Of a stretch of DNA of 64,000 nucleotides, positions 13,628 to 26,264 are shown in pieces. The stretch is from contig NC_043007.1 of the NCBI RefSeq assembly GCF_006345805.1, positions 27,528,001-27,592,000 on the forward strand, in the 5' to 3' direction. Source of the stretch: Octopus sinensis (Eukaryota). Position 1 is the first letter of the stretch; the number at the start of each line of letters is the position of its first letter. A program made the translations under genes and the position numbers. The notes under the pieces are model-generated. The model saw only the letters and a program-made list of their open reading frames with translations, ran no database searches and was not told where the DNA came from.

Positions 13628-13880
13628 ACTAGCAGAGGCACCCTGCGTGGCCCGCGAATCACGTGTGTAGTTGCACATAGGCAAAACTGCAGACTCCCAC
13701 ACACACTATCAATGACATATATATTCCTATAAATGTGCACACATACTGTCATACTCACAAACGTATCCACACACACACTCACATAATATCTATTCGCGTG
13801 TGTGGTGATATCTAACGAAATCTGGACAAACATTTTGCTTTCGTTAGTTTGTCTATAAATTGCGTTACACCTGTAAATAT
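13628..13880 (+). mobile_element. Possible Helitron-like non-autonomous fragment
   Basis: Starts ACTAGCAGAGGCACCCTGCGTGGCCCGCG, like Lep1-type 5' ends; the rest is degraded. Confidence 0.35.
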
Positions 13881-14598
13881 TTTTCTTTCATTTTCTCCAA
13901 ACAAAAATTCCGATTAATTGTTATCAGTAAGACCATCTAACTTGCAGTTTGCTCATTAATTTTAAACATACAACTGTAAATAGTGGCTTTGTTTCTTCAA
14001 ACAAGGCGATTAATCTCAGTTCAAAATAAGTTTTCAAATCATAACATTCCATTTTACGATATTCTGACTTATTTGTTTCTGGCAAGAACAAAGAACTTCT
14101 TTTATCGTTTGAATTTATCTCTGACTTCGTGTATTTCATCGATTAAGTTTAAGTATGTGGTTGAGCGTAAGGATTACCTTCATTCATTGATCCGTTTATC
14201 CGTTTTTCTCGGGTAATAAAGAGGAAATGAGGATTTGTGATTGTAATATTTTCTTGAACTCTTTCTTTTACTGTATTTAATTTAGTATAGTTGATTACAC
14301 AAACGTCTCTCATGATGATAAAAGGACAGGAAAATATGGAATATAAAGATAGCTGTCTACAGAAAAACAAAAAAACAAAAGAGGAATGCTATTATTAAGA
14401 TATACAACTTAAGTGAGCAACGTTCATTTGTGCCTTAAAAATTCTGCAGCAACCATTTTTAACATTAAAAATAAGGGGATGTAAGATTGATTTGAAATTG
14501 AAAAAGAAATTAACGCAAATGACTACATATGAGTCGCGGAGGTGGCTGTGTGGTGCGAAGTTCACTTCCCAACTACATGGTTCCCGGTTCAGTCCCAA

Positions 14599-15098
14599 TG
14601 CTGGTTAAATTTATCAACTCCGAAAGGGTGAAAGACAAAAGTCAATCTCGGCGGATTTTGAACGTAAAGACAGACGAAATACCTATTTCGTTACTAACCA
14701 CAGGGGGCTTAACATAGAGGGGACAAACAAGGACAGAGAAAGGGATTACGTCGATTACATCGACCCCAGTGCGTAACTGGTATTTATTTAATCGATCCCG
14801 AAAGGATGAAAGGCAAAGTCGAACTCGGTGGAATTCGAACTCAGAACTAACGGCAGAAGAAATACCTATTTCTTTACTACCCACAAGGGGCTTCACATAG
14901 AGGGGACAAACAAGGACAGAGAAAGGGATTAAGTCGATTACATCGACCCCAGTGCGTAACTGGTAATTATTTAATCGACCCCGAAAGGTTGAAAGGCAGA
15001 GTCGACCTAGGCGGAATTTGAACTCAGAACGTAACGGCAGACGAAATACAGCTAAGTATTTCGTCCGGCGTGCTCATGGCTCTGTCAGCCCGCGGCCT
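14599..15098 (-). mobile_element. Second SINE family, head-to-tail array of about 3 units; preceded by a + strand CORE-SINE head fragment (14533-14598)
   Basis: Repeated ..GAAAGG.TGAAAG.CAAAGTC.A..TCGG.GGA.TT.GAAC and AGAGGGGACAAACAAGGACAGA..GGGATTA units. Confidence 0.85.
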
Positions 15099-15564
15099 TG
15101 CCAAAAGCTGCAAGTTTGGCTTTTAAATGACGTTGTCAAAGATTATTAGTTATTAAACGAGGTAAATTTTCACGATCACAAACTACACAAAAAACCGCCA
15201 TCCAACAACGAAAGCAAACATCAACAAGAATAAAATTTTGGAAATTTTATTCGAAACAATTTTACGAAATCACCTTCGACAACTTCCTTACCGATCTTTA
15301 ACAAACACCACTCAAAATCTACAACCATTTATATACACACACATGTATGTGTGACTGTGTGTGCGTATGTGGACATTAATATATAATTTCTCTTCAGCTA
15401 GCCAATGCCAGATGATGATATATGCACTATGTCGTAGCCTATTGTTACCAGAATGGAGCAACAGTTATTTGTTGAGAATCGTAACAAGCCTAACATTATA
15501 GTTCTCAGTCGTCCTCTTGTATATTAATTTCCTAAGAAACCTGACTTTGCATTATATATGAATT

Positions 15565-15802
15565 ATATATGATATCACACTTTACAATATATGATATCAC
15601 ACTTTACAATATATGATATCACACTTTACAATATATGATATCACACTTTACAATATATGATATCACACTTTACAATATATGATATCACACTTTACAATAT
15701 ATGATATCACACTTTACAATATATGATATCACACTTTACAATATATGATATCACACTTTACAATATATGATATCACACTTTACAATATATGATATCACAC
15801 TT
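15565..15802. repeat. Perfect 22-bp minisatellite, ~10.8 copies (GATATCACACTTTACAATATAT)
   Basis: GATATCACAC starts at 15571, 15593 ... 15791 (period 22); no spacers. Confidence 0.97.
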
Positions 15803-15966
15803 GATATAAATCTGATTCAAGTATAATATTTTGGGGTTTTCACTTTGAAAGCTGCTGTGATAAGTTATCGAAGCATTCTCACAGACTGGTCTGACCCAAA
15901 AGGATGGCAATCAAACCATTTGAGTTAAATTATATACCTTCCGATTCCTTTATATATATTCGTCAT

Positions 15967-16175
15967 AAGGCGCGAGCTGGAAGAAAAGTTAGCACGCCGG
16001 GCGAAACGCTGAGCGGTATTTCGTCTGTCGCTACGTTCTGAGTTCAAATTCCGCCGTGGTCGACTTTGCCTTTCATCCTTTCGGGGTCGATAAATTAAGT
16101 AACAGTTGCTTGCTGGGGTCAATCTAAATGACTAGCCCCATCCCCGAAAATTCGGGCCTTGTGGTAAGATTAGAA
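15967..16175 (+). mobile_element. Second SINE family monomer
   Basis: AAGGCGCGAGCTGGAAGAAAAGTTAGCACGCCGGGCGAAA ... TTCGGGCCTTGTG. Confidence 0.9.
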
Positions 16176-16239
16176 GAGTACATATATTCGTTATCAGTTA
16201 TAGACAATGTAATATTGAAATCATATTTCCTGAAAAAAT

Positions 16240-16443
16240 GGCGAGCTGGCAGAAAAGTTAGCGCACCGGGCGAAATGCTGAGCGGTATTTCGTCTGCCGC
16301 TACGTTCTGAGTTCAAATTCCGCCGAGGTCAATTTTGCCTTTCATCCCTTCGTGGACGATAAATTAAGTACCAGTTGTGTACTGGGTACTATGTAATCGA
16401 CTGGCCCCCTCTCCCAAAATTTCGGGCCTTGTGCCAATTCTAC
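16240..16443 (+). mobile_element. Second SINE family monomer
   Basis: GGCGAGCTGGCAGAAAAGTTAGC ... TTTCGGGCCTTGTGCC. Confidence 0.9.
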
Positions 16444-17210
16444 AGAGGATATACACTGTGTTAATGAGGAAAACAATATATTTACTATGGTTTCAGTAGA
16501 AATATGTAAATATGATGTGGAGACTTTCTTATGCAAGATAATGTATTTGATGACATAAAGAATACCCCCAAAAACATTTAAGTGCATTATGCTTATGGGA
16601 GGTCTATATTCGTATATGGAACTCGCAGAAATTTTTGCGACATTTTATTTTTGAAAAATAATGCCTGTTATATGCTATGAAATACGATAAGTATCATAAA
16701 TCTCTTATTGCCGGATTACGGGAAGCTTCATACAAAAACACAAGGACACTGTATTAAGATATTCTGAATGAAATTACAGATATACTCATTGCCTCAGGTG
16801 TTTTACGGAAACAATATTTTAAAATCTTGTTTAATACTCTTTTGTGTGTGACGGCAACACTTCCCCCAGCCCGGAAAAAGAACGGATGCATTACATAATG
16901 AATGTAAACCTATGTGTATAATATTCGTATGCATGTTTTAAAAGTATTTAATCACTGTTTCATTGAGATTGTACTTTGACAAGGAACAATTAACTTTATG
17001 TCAGCTTGCTGCGTAAGAAATAGTGGTTATCTGTCAAATTATACAATTATGTACATTAGTTTGGCCTAGGATTATTTTGTTTGTCAAGAATAATGCAGTT
17101 GACTATGTGAAATATGTTTAAATTCGCTTTAAATTAGATAATATATAGAAGACGTCTGGGGTGACTGGTGTGGGAGTTGGAGGGAAATTTCTGAGTTGTT
17201 AGAAGTGAGA

Positions 17211-17266
<56 letters not shown>

Positions 17267-17308
17267 TATACATGTATATATACATATACATATTCATATA
17301 AATACATA

Positions 17309-17352
<44 letters not shown>

Positions 17353-17353
17353 C

Positions 17354-17388
<35 letters not shown>

Positions 17389-20059
17389 TATATATTCATT
17401 TATTTATATATATTTATTATATATGTAAAAGGGATGTAAACATGTTAAGATAATATGTGTTGCACCCACACTGTGATAAACAGTTAGTTTTGGTCACCAG
17501 TTTATCCAAGTTTAATAAAAGTTTCTACGAAATATCACTTAAATGGTGTCTGGTTAAGGATTAAATAGTTTAATTCCCGTCCACATATGCAACATTCTGA
17601 TGTTTAGTCTCCCTTCACAAAATTTTAGCTCAGCACTAGAAGATAGAGTAAGAGAGATCAGTTATATAAGCGTTCTACATAAAACCATTTCCATCTTGGT
17701 TACCAGAATATAATTATGTATTAACGTTCATAACCAGTGTAGCATTATAGTTCTGATTGAGCTATTATAAGCATTAAATTTCCCTCCACTTCTGTATTAA
17801 CTGAACTTGTTCCCACTTTCGATTTGGAACATTTTAGTTATGGTTTGATATAGTGTTTGATATCAAATTGGACACAGATATTATATCTTTGGGCTTTTAT
17901 TTCGAAAACTACCCTAACCATTTATTAACGCTCTCATACATCAGCTGGAATCCACTAGCTTTTTTAATCAGAATAATCTCGTATCATTCCCGTAGGTTTA
18001 TGCATATAAATGCATTTATTTATAGCTGAATTAATGAGAAAATCGTATTGATACATGATGCAACAGGCTATGATAAATAGCAAGAAACCATATCAAATCT
18101 GGTTTTAGGTCTCGTACACTAAGTATGTATACAAACAAGATTTGGAAACTGCTTAACGTACAAGTTACGTATGATTTCTTTCAATCATAAAGTTCAGATC
18201 CAATTACAAGTACAATACAGGAGACATTACAGAAACCAGAGTGGAAAATGATTTAATGAGAGAACATCATTAACGAAATTTAAGTAAATGATCTAATCTT
18301 TTTTATTAACGGCAAATATTTTAGAAGACTTATTTATGTTTTATGAAAAAAATCAGGAATATGATTGACGATTGAAACAACATTTCCCTGAAATTTCTGG
18401 CCTTGGGCCAAATTCTGAAACCAGTATTTGACTACTCTCGGGTCAGTTTTGTGTGTGAGATCTCTTTTAAATGTGTTAGATTTAGTGACCGCATATATTT
18501 CCCCTTCGTTCTTCAGTTGAAATAATAAGTCAGTATTTACTGTTATTGACGGATAAGTATGTAGTGTATACGGCTAGCAGACGACAAAAACAGATAACCA
18601 ATAGACAGAGTCTTTAGCCGAGATACGTAACCATAAACGATTGTGCCTATGTATCTTTCACCGGGGCATGGTAAAATTATTCAGTGGATTGAAATGAAGG
18701 AATGACCACCACAATGTTAGAGCAAATAATATAAACCAACCATCAAAATGTCCAGTCGTTAATTAACAGTTTATTTTAAAGTTTATCACTACAAAATATT
18801 CTATAGAGTTCAGAGCTAGACGAATGTGATTATATAATCGATGCGATCGAAGATAGGTAATGGGTTTATTCTGCCTAACTGAAGAGGTATTGCTATTTCG
18901 TCGGCACCACATAGCCAGCTGTATCTAATGTGTCTCACCTTAATAGATGTCAATTGAAATACTGACGATCAGTGGATTTTACTTTGTCACGAAGCGGCTG
19001 CTATTGTTAACACTTCGTTTCTCGTTCAGAAAATGCTAGCTTTCATCAAAGATGCACCACTGGCAAAAAACCAAGTCTTCTATTCAGATTGATAATACAT
19101 AAAATTTACGTATGGATATATCTCTTCTATTTCTAACAACTTGAATGACCATGTGTAATACAGGGTTCCTTTGCTAGAAACGTTTTGATGTGTACATTAT
19201 TAATGTTGCGCTGAAAGGTTTTGACAGAGGAGGAAAGCGGTGTCTCGGTTACATATGAAGATATACATGCATAAGCTTCATTATAAGAAACATTATAACT
19301 TCGATACTAATACAGTTATATTTACATAATTATTTATTCCTTTATTTATACGTTGAGACCACAGCATGTAGCAACGATGAAGGACAGGCTGAGATGGGAT
19401 TTCAAGGAAGTAATGATGCTGGTATTGTAGATGTTATTGCTGTTGTTGACTGTGTTGTTCTGGTTTGGTGTGATTCTGCAGGTATTTACATGCATCAATT
19501 ATTAAATAATTCTAACACATCTCATTTGTTTAAGTTCAAATGGAGAATAGAGTAATGAAGGTGGCTTCACACGACAGGTATCCTCGATATGAAAACGAAA
19601 AGAGCAATGAGCTAAACGTGTATAGACATAAGATGCAACCCCCCAAAAAAAACACACACACAAACGTAAAAACACCCACACATGCACAAACGGATTCAAA
19701 CCACTGTGGAGATTAATGTGGTTCATCCATGCGAAGAGCTTCTGAATATATTTATGCTACCCACTGTTAATCTATTACAGATCGTGTGATATGTGATATT
19801 AATTAAATGGTTCAGGATATTTAAACAGCTGTCACCGCAGCGGAAACGTGTGCAGTGATGTTGCTGCTATTTTATGTAGATGCGTAATATTTATTAGAGA
19901 AACAATAGAAAAAAAAGAAAAGAAAAAAGCAAAGAGTTAAAGCCAGGAATAGAGATATACGTGTGGCACCTACACAAGAAAGCTTCATTTCCATAAACAC
20001 TTGTTCCTGTTTTTGCCATTCGTCAGCAAGACAAATGGAGTCGCGGACCACACGTTCTA

Positions 20060-20064
20060 TACAC

Positions 20065-20137
<73 letters not shown>

Positions 20138-20246
20138 ACATGTATACATACATACATACATACCTGCAAACATGCATACCTGAATACATACACACATACA
20201 TACATACATACATAATACATACATACATACATGCATACATACATAT

Positions 20247-20277
<31 letters not shown>

Positions 20278-20286
20278 CATACATAT

Positions 20287-20320
<34 letters not shown>

Positions 20321-20842
20321 ATATATATATATATATTATATATATATATATAATATATATATATATATTATATATATATATATTATATATATATATATTA
20401 TATATATATATATTATATATATATATATTATATATATATATATATTATATATATATATATATATTATATATATATATATATTATATATATATATATTATA
20501 TATATATATATTATATATATATATATATTATATATATATATATTATATATATATATATTATATATATATATATTATATATATATATATTATATATATATA
20601 TATATTATATATATATATATTATATATATATATATTATATATATATATATATTATATATATATATATATTATATATATATATATTATATATATATATATA
20701 ATATATATATATATATTATATATATATATATATTATATATATATATATATTATATATATATATATTATATATATATATATTATATATATATATATTATAT
20801 ATATATATATATTATATATATATATATTATATATATATATAT

Positions 20843-20902
<60 letters not shown>

Positions 20903-20930
20903 ATACATATACATATATATATATATATAT
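20060..20930. repeat. Compound (TA)n/(TACA)n microsatellite with periodic phase shifts
   Basis: Direct reading; TT interruptions every 13-17 bp in 20290-20880. Confidence 0.95.
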
Positions 20931-21163
20931 AGCCATACATACATACACATGTACGTGTGCAGTCATCAATATATTGACATATATTGATATATGTATATGC
21001 ATCCATATATATATGTATATAGACAAACATTTAGGAATGTAAAGGTATATACGTTCATGTGCAAATAGTTCTGCATACATATTTATACTTACATGTGTGT
21101 ATGTATGCATATGCCGTTGCGCACCTGTGTGTCTCTGCGAGTATATATGTGTGTCTTTGTGAA

Positions 21164-21506
21164 GGCGCATGGCTCAGTGGTTAGAGCGTCGAGCTTACGA
21201 TCGTGAGGTTGTGAGCTCGAATCCCGGACGGGGCTGCGTGTTGTGTTCTTCAGCAAGGCACTTTATTTCACGTTGCTCCAGTTCACTCAGCTGTAGAAAT
21301 GAGTTGCGACGTCACAGGTGCCAAGCTGTATCGGCCCTTGCCTTTCCCTTGGAAAACATCGGTGACGTGGAGAGGGGAGGCCGGTATGCATGGGCGACTG
21401 CTGGTCTTCCATAAAACAACCTTGCCCAGACTTGTGCCTCAGATGGTATCTCTCTAGGTGCAAACCCATGGTCAGTGCCTGACCGAAGGGGGTCTTTACT
21501 CCCTTG
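21164..21506 (+). mobile_element. tRNA-derived SINE, third type, near full length
   Basis: A box TGGCTCAGTGGTTAG, B box GAGCTCGAATCCC, central TTCAGCAAGGCACTTTATTTCACGTTGCTCCAGTTCACTCAGCTG. Confidence 0.85.
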
Positions 21507-21590
21507 TGAGTATATCTACCACATTATCCTTCATTCTCCCTCCCTCACTTCTCATTACACGGGACGCACATACGCGCGCGTGTGTGTGTA

Positions 21591-21621
<31 letters not shown>

Positions 21622-21760
21622 GGCGTTAGTGAGAGTATTTACGTGAGCATGTGTTTCTGAATATTCGATACATAATTATATACATTTGCATAAGTCTAAA
21701 AATGTTTGTACTTTTACATATTTTCCCACGCAAACGTACATCCAGCAGAATATAAATACT

Positions 21761-22168
21761 CTTTTACTCTTTTACTTGTTTCAGTCATTTGACTGCGGCC
21801 ATGCTGGAGCACCGCCTTTACACGAGCAACTCGACCCCGGGACTTATTCTTTTTGTAAACCAGCCCAGTACTTATTCTATCGGTCTCTTTTGCCGAACCG
21901 CTAAGTAACGGGGACGTAAACACACCAGCATCGGTTGTCAAGCAATGCTAGGGGGATAAACACAGACACACAAACACACATACGCATATATATATACATA
22001 TATACGACGGGCTTCTTTCAGTTTCCGTCTACCAAATCCACTCACAAGGCATTGGTCGGCCCGGGGCTATAGCAGAAGACACTTGCCCAATATGCCACGC
22101 AGTGGGATTGAACCCGGAACCATGTGGTTGGTTAGCAAGCTACTTACCACGCAGCCACTCCTGCGCCT
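21761..22168 (-). mobile_element. CORE-type SINE, full length
   Basis: Head AGGCGCAGGAGTGGCTGCGTGGTAAG..GGTTCAATCCC; tail CCAGCATGGCCGCAGTCAAATGACTGAAACAAGTAAAAG. Confidence 0.92.
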
Positions 22169-22520
22169 ATACATATCCATGTTTTCTATAAAAAAAACAT
22201 TTATACAAACCCCTAGACCGACTCGCCTACGCACATGAATTCCGTTATATATATATATATATATATATAGTTGTAAAGTCTCAGCGCACTGAGTATGTTA
22301 TTGCAAAATAAATATTTATGATATGGTACAAGACTACAACAGAATATATTAGACTTTACAAGACTTTGAAAAACTTTGTGTTGGAAGAGTCGTCCTTCAT
22401 TTTCAATACATAAGTTGACTCTTGTACGCGTGTTTTGAAATACATCTTGGTGAGTTTGACTCTTGGAGAGTCAAGATGAAAATCATTCACAACGGAGAGA
22501 CATTTTGAACATCCTGTGTG

Positions 22521-22614
<94 letters not shown>

Positions 22615-22689
22615 TATATATATATATGTATGTTTATATGGAGAAATTTGTAACAGATTTTGTTGAATTTTCTGCTGCTTTAAATAAAG

Positions 22690-22734
<45 letters not shown>

Positions 22735-22795
22735 AAAAATGACTAAAACAGATGAATGGTATCAAGTAAGTGTTTTATTCTATTACGTTCATTCT

Positions 22796-23181
22796 TTTAT
22801 TTGTTTCAGTCATATCGCTTCGGCCATGCTGGAGCACCGCCTTTAGTCGAACAAATCGACCTTAGAACTTAATATTTGTAAGCCTAGTACTTATTCTATC
22901 GGGTACTTTTTCCGAACCGCAAAGTTACAGGAACGTATACAAACCAACATCGGCTGTCTACCGGCGTTAGGAAGACCAACACAGACACACAAACATATAT
23001 ATATATATATATATATACATGATGGGCTTCTTTCAGTTTCCGTCTACCAAATTCACTCAAAAGGTTTTTGTCGGCCCTAGGCTATAGTAGAAGACAGTTG
23101 CTCAAGGTGTCTCGTAGTGGAACTGAACCCAGATCCATGTGGTTGGTAAGCAAGCTTCTTATCACACACCCATTCCTGCGC
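22796..23181 (-). mobile_element. CORE-type SINE, full length, more diverged
   Basis: Same layout as 21761-22168. Confidence 0.88.
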
Positions 23182-23289
23182 ATAACACAATATTTAACAC
23201 AATGATTTCAAATATTCCTAAATACTTATGTAATTCCTGTTACCTTTACAACAAATAACTATTTGAAGGACAGGGACATGGCCAGCAAT

Positions 23290-23469
23290 CTCGAAGGATG
23301 GGAAAGTCGATTACATCCACCCCAATGCTAAACTGATACTTATTTTATCGACTGCGAAAGGAGGAAATGCAAATTTGATCCCGGCAGCGTTCGAATTCAA
23401 AGCGTACAGACGGATGAAGTGCTACTAGGCATTTTGTCAAGCGCGGTAACAAGTCTGCCAGATTGCCTT
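23290..23469 (-). mobile_element. Second SINE family, strongly diverged
   Basis: AAGTCGATTACATCCACCCC..TTTTATCGAC..GAAAGGAGGAAA; ends CTGCCAGATTGCCTT. Confidence 0.7.
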
Positions 23470-24048
23470 CCCATTGGTGTTGAATTCTAGTTCGTAAATT
23501 TTCAAAGCATTCCTAATAACGAAATTAAATATTTAAAAAAAAATTGCGACACTCTTTTTAAAAATGAGTCCCACAAACGATTCTTAAGCAGACGATATTT
23601 TCATACCGTGTTGTACCATTTGCTTTAAAGTGAAACTCCATTTGAATTTTCATTGCATTTATTCATTGTTAATCTTCGTGTAATGGGCGTCACAACATTT
23701 CCCGTTTAATCCTTAATTACTTTGGTAAATTCTCGTAGAAGTAGCACTTTTGATTTTGATTCAAGTCTGTGAAGACCATAGCTCACTATTTATGAATTGA
23801 AGCCAAGGGCTGCGCACGACATCTAAGTAGGAATTGCATCCCTTAAATACACGTGAAGGTCAGCCATGTACATACACATGAAACATTTTACAAGATGGGT
23901 GACAGTGACTTCGAAGCCCTTTGCTAATCTACTCTAGAACGTTACTTGAGGTTTTTTGGACTTTATAAATCCTTAATTTTAGAAATTTTTGTTTTAAAAA
24001 CAAAACATCAGTATACAAACACGTGAATGTATGCGAATTTGTGCGTGT

Positions 24049-24268
24049 TTAGTTAGTTAGTTAATTTTTGGCCCAAAAAGCAAAAAGCAAGGCCATGTAG
24101 GGGGACATGGAGATATGTACAGGGTGGTGTTCATGTAAAGAATTCATGCCACTTGAGGTCAAGGGAGACTTTGAACAAAGCGGTCGTCGGCATCTTCACC
24201 ATCTCGTCTTGCAGCTTGTTCCACGGATCCGCAACCCGGACGGAGAAAGCTCCTCTCCTTCGATTGAG
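24049..24268 (-). mobile_element. CR1-group LINE 3' end
   Basis: Minus strand LNRRRGAFSVRVADPWNKLQDEMVKMPTTALFKVSLDLKWHEFFT*, matching the CR1 ORF2 C-terminal pattern (F-S-x-R-V-x-x-x-W-N-x-L), then a short UTR and (CTAA)n tail. Confidence 0.85.
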
Positions 24269-25896
24269 AGGTTTGTTTGTATGTGTGGATATGTGAGTGT
24301 ATGTGGGCGTATTTGTGTGTGTATGTTTGTTAGCTTTAAGCATTTGATTTAGATTGGCGTTGGTGTCGGCGTTGCCTGTTATTATTCTTAGTCGATAAAC
24401 TAAATTCTAGTGAAGTTGAAATCAACGATATCGACTTCAAGTCTGCCATCGAAATGTGTAGACTTGTGCCAACATTAGAAATTAATAACGAACAATAAGA
24501 AGCTCCAATATTTATAGATAATATATTTGATGTAATACTTGCAACAAATTAATTAGAAAATTAAATGAATATTAATGAAAGTTTTAATATACATTATCGA
24601 ATTTGTAGCTATTAATATAAATGTACTGAGTAACACTCCAGAAGAATTTGTTGCATAGAAATGGTGTTTTAATGATAAGTTATCTGATAGATTCATTTAT
24701 TTAGATGTAAGTGTATAATAGGTCTATATTTCCCAATGGAGATTTCACAGACGAAACGTCCTTTTCATGGTTAATAATCGGTAATGATGTACAACAACAT
24801 TTAATGTTTCGCTAATTGAGTATTGTTGTTGTATTTTAGTCTGGGTCAGTTCTGATTCACTAGAATTAGGTTCAAAGATGTTTTGGCAGTGACTATGCCG
24901 TTTTGCTATGTTTCGAAGCTTAATTAATCAACGAATGTTTTATATTCTGGTGTTGGATAAATAATTTAACGAAGCAGGGGGGAAAAAAGTATTTACAAGA
25001 CTCACTAATATTACTATTACACGTTGTTAAACGCTCTCTGCCAACAGCTCACTTTGAGGTGCTTACCATAAACTGCTCACAGTTCTTTATTTTATGACAA
25101 CGAATCAGTGCAATTGAGACATATATATACATATATATATTGATGTGTTGCGGCCATCCTATAAAAATGCTGTTTTTTTATACTTCTCTTATTTTTTAAA
25201 ATTAAGATAAACAAAGTTTTTTTTTTTTACTCTGAAATATACTCTCCTTCATTTTCTACAATGCTCTTCCATCTATCTGGTAGAAATTCCAAGGTCCCTC
25301 TTCCAAAATGCACTTGCCCATGAGGACAAATACTCCTCCAAAAATGTTCTGGATTCTTAGCAGCTTTTTAACGGATTTTTTGCGGCTGACGTATGTTTAC
25401 GTTCGCTATCGTTGTCCTTTTATCTCTTGAGCTGCGTGCGCTTGCCGTCCCGTGCATTATCTTAGCTATTTTAGGTTACGTTCAAGTCATGAGACTAGCA
25501 GTAGACCAATGAGATGCGGATACTTTATATGCATGATACCGTGTTTTGAGTCGTACCACACTCAAGATATTTTTTGAACGTGAGCAGAATAACTCGTGCA
25601 TATCATATTATGATAAATAGCTTCACATAGTTCGTTTTCATAAACCGGTAGACGTAAATATACGATGCTATGTTATTGTAACGGTGAACGTAAACAGACG
25701 CGAGCTCGTTGGCACTTGTGTGTTTGTGTGGCCTCATTAGATAAAAAAAAACGTCGGTGCAATGCCTCGCACGCTTCGGGTAATACCGGCGTCAAGGGTT
25801 TAAAGTAATATTACAATGCAACACGAAATCTGCAGCGATAAGAATAATCTGAACACAACTTAATACTTGCAGAGAGGTTGCAGTCATCTCAGCGAG

Positions 25897-25960
25897 CGAG
25901 GCTAGCTACCCTGAACTGACGACGAGCAATAGACTCAGAAACATGTCTTCAGGTGCCTTG
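25897..25960 (+). ncRNA. Type I hammerhead ribozyme candidate with extended stem I
   Basis: CCUGAA CUGACGA C GAG CAAUAGA CUC A GAAA CAUG UC / UUCAGG; perfect 6-bp stem I, palindromic ACAUGU stem III, GUC triplet; outer helix CGAGGC/GCCUUG. Confidence 0.75.
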
Positions 25961-26206
25961 TCCCGGCTTACGGGGGTGATTGCCTCCCCTTTGCAAATAT
26001 AAGGACACAGAAAATGTGTCAAAGCCGACAGGAGACGTCGATGTTTCCCAGGGCTAAATAGTGGTGGTGTAATTCCCTTACAGGACTGTCACATTGAGTT
26101 GACAGTATACAGCCACTATATCGCTCCACCACCGCTTATGTCTCTCTGAGACACTTAGAAATTCAATATTTCAAACGTAATACTGTTCCGAGATGAACAC
26201 TCTTTG

Positions 26207-26264
26207 TCAAAAATATAGTCGTGTCTTGCTTTCCAGTTTCTGATATAACCAACGGTAAATCTTC
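26207..26264 (-). CDS. Candidate terminal coding exon of an unidentified gene
   Basis: Long polypyrimidine tract and NAGNAG acceptor (TTTTTTCCTCCCTCGTTCATTGGTTTATTTCAACGTAGCAG); phase 2 gives (W)KIYRWLYQKLESKTRLYF*, compatible with exon 33957-34021. Confidence 0.3.

Noticed and set aside
15565-15802. CRISPR array
   Set aside because: Contiguous identical units with no spacers, no cas genes, and a eukaryotic context.
19405-19478. Thr/Ser-rich minus-strand terminal exon
   Set aside because: No polypyrimidine tract, several short frames are equally plausible, and nothing links it to other exons.
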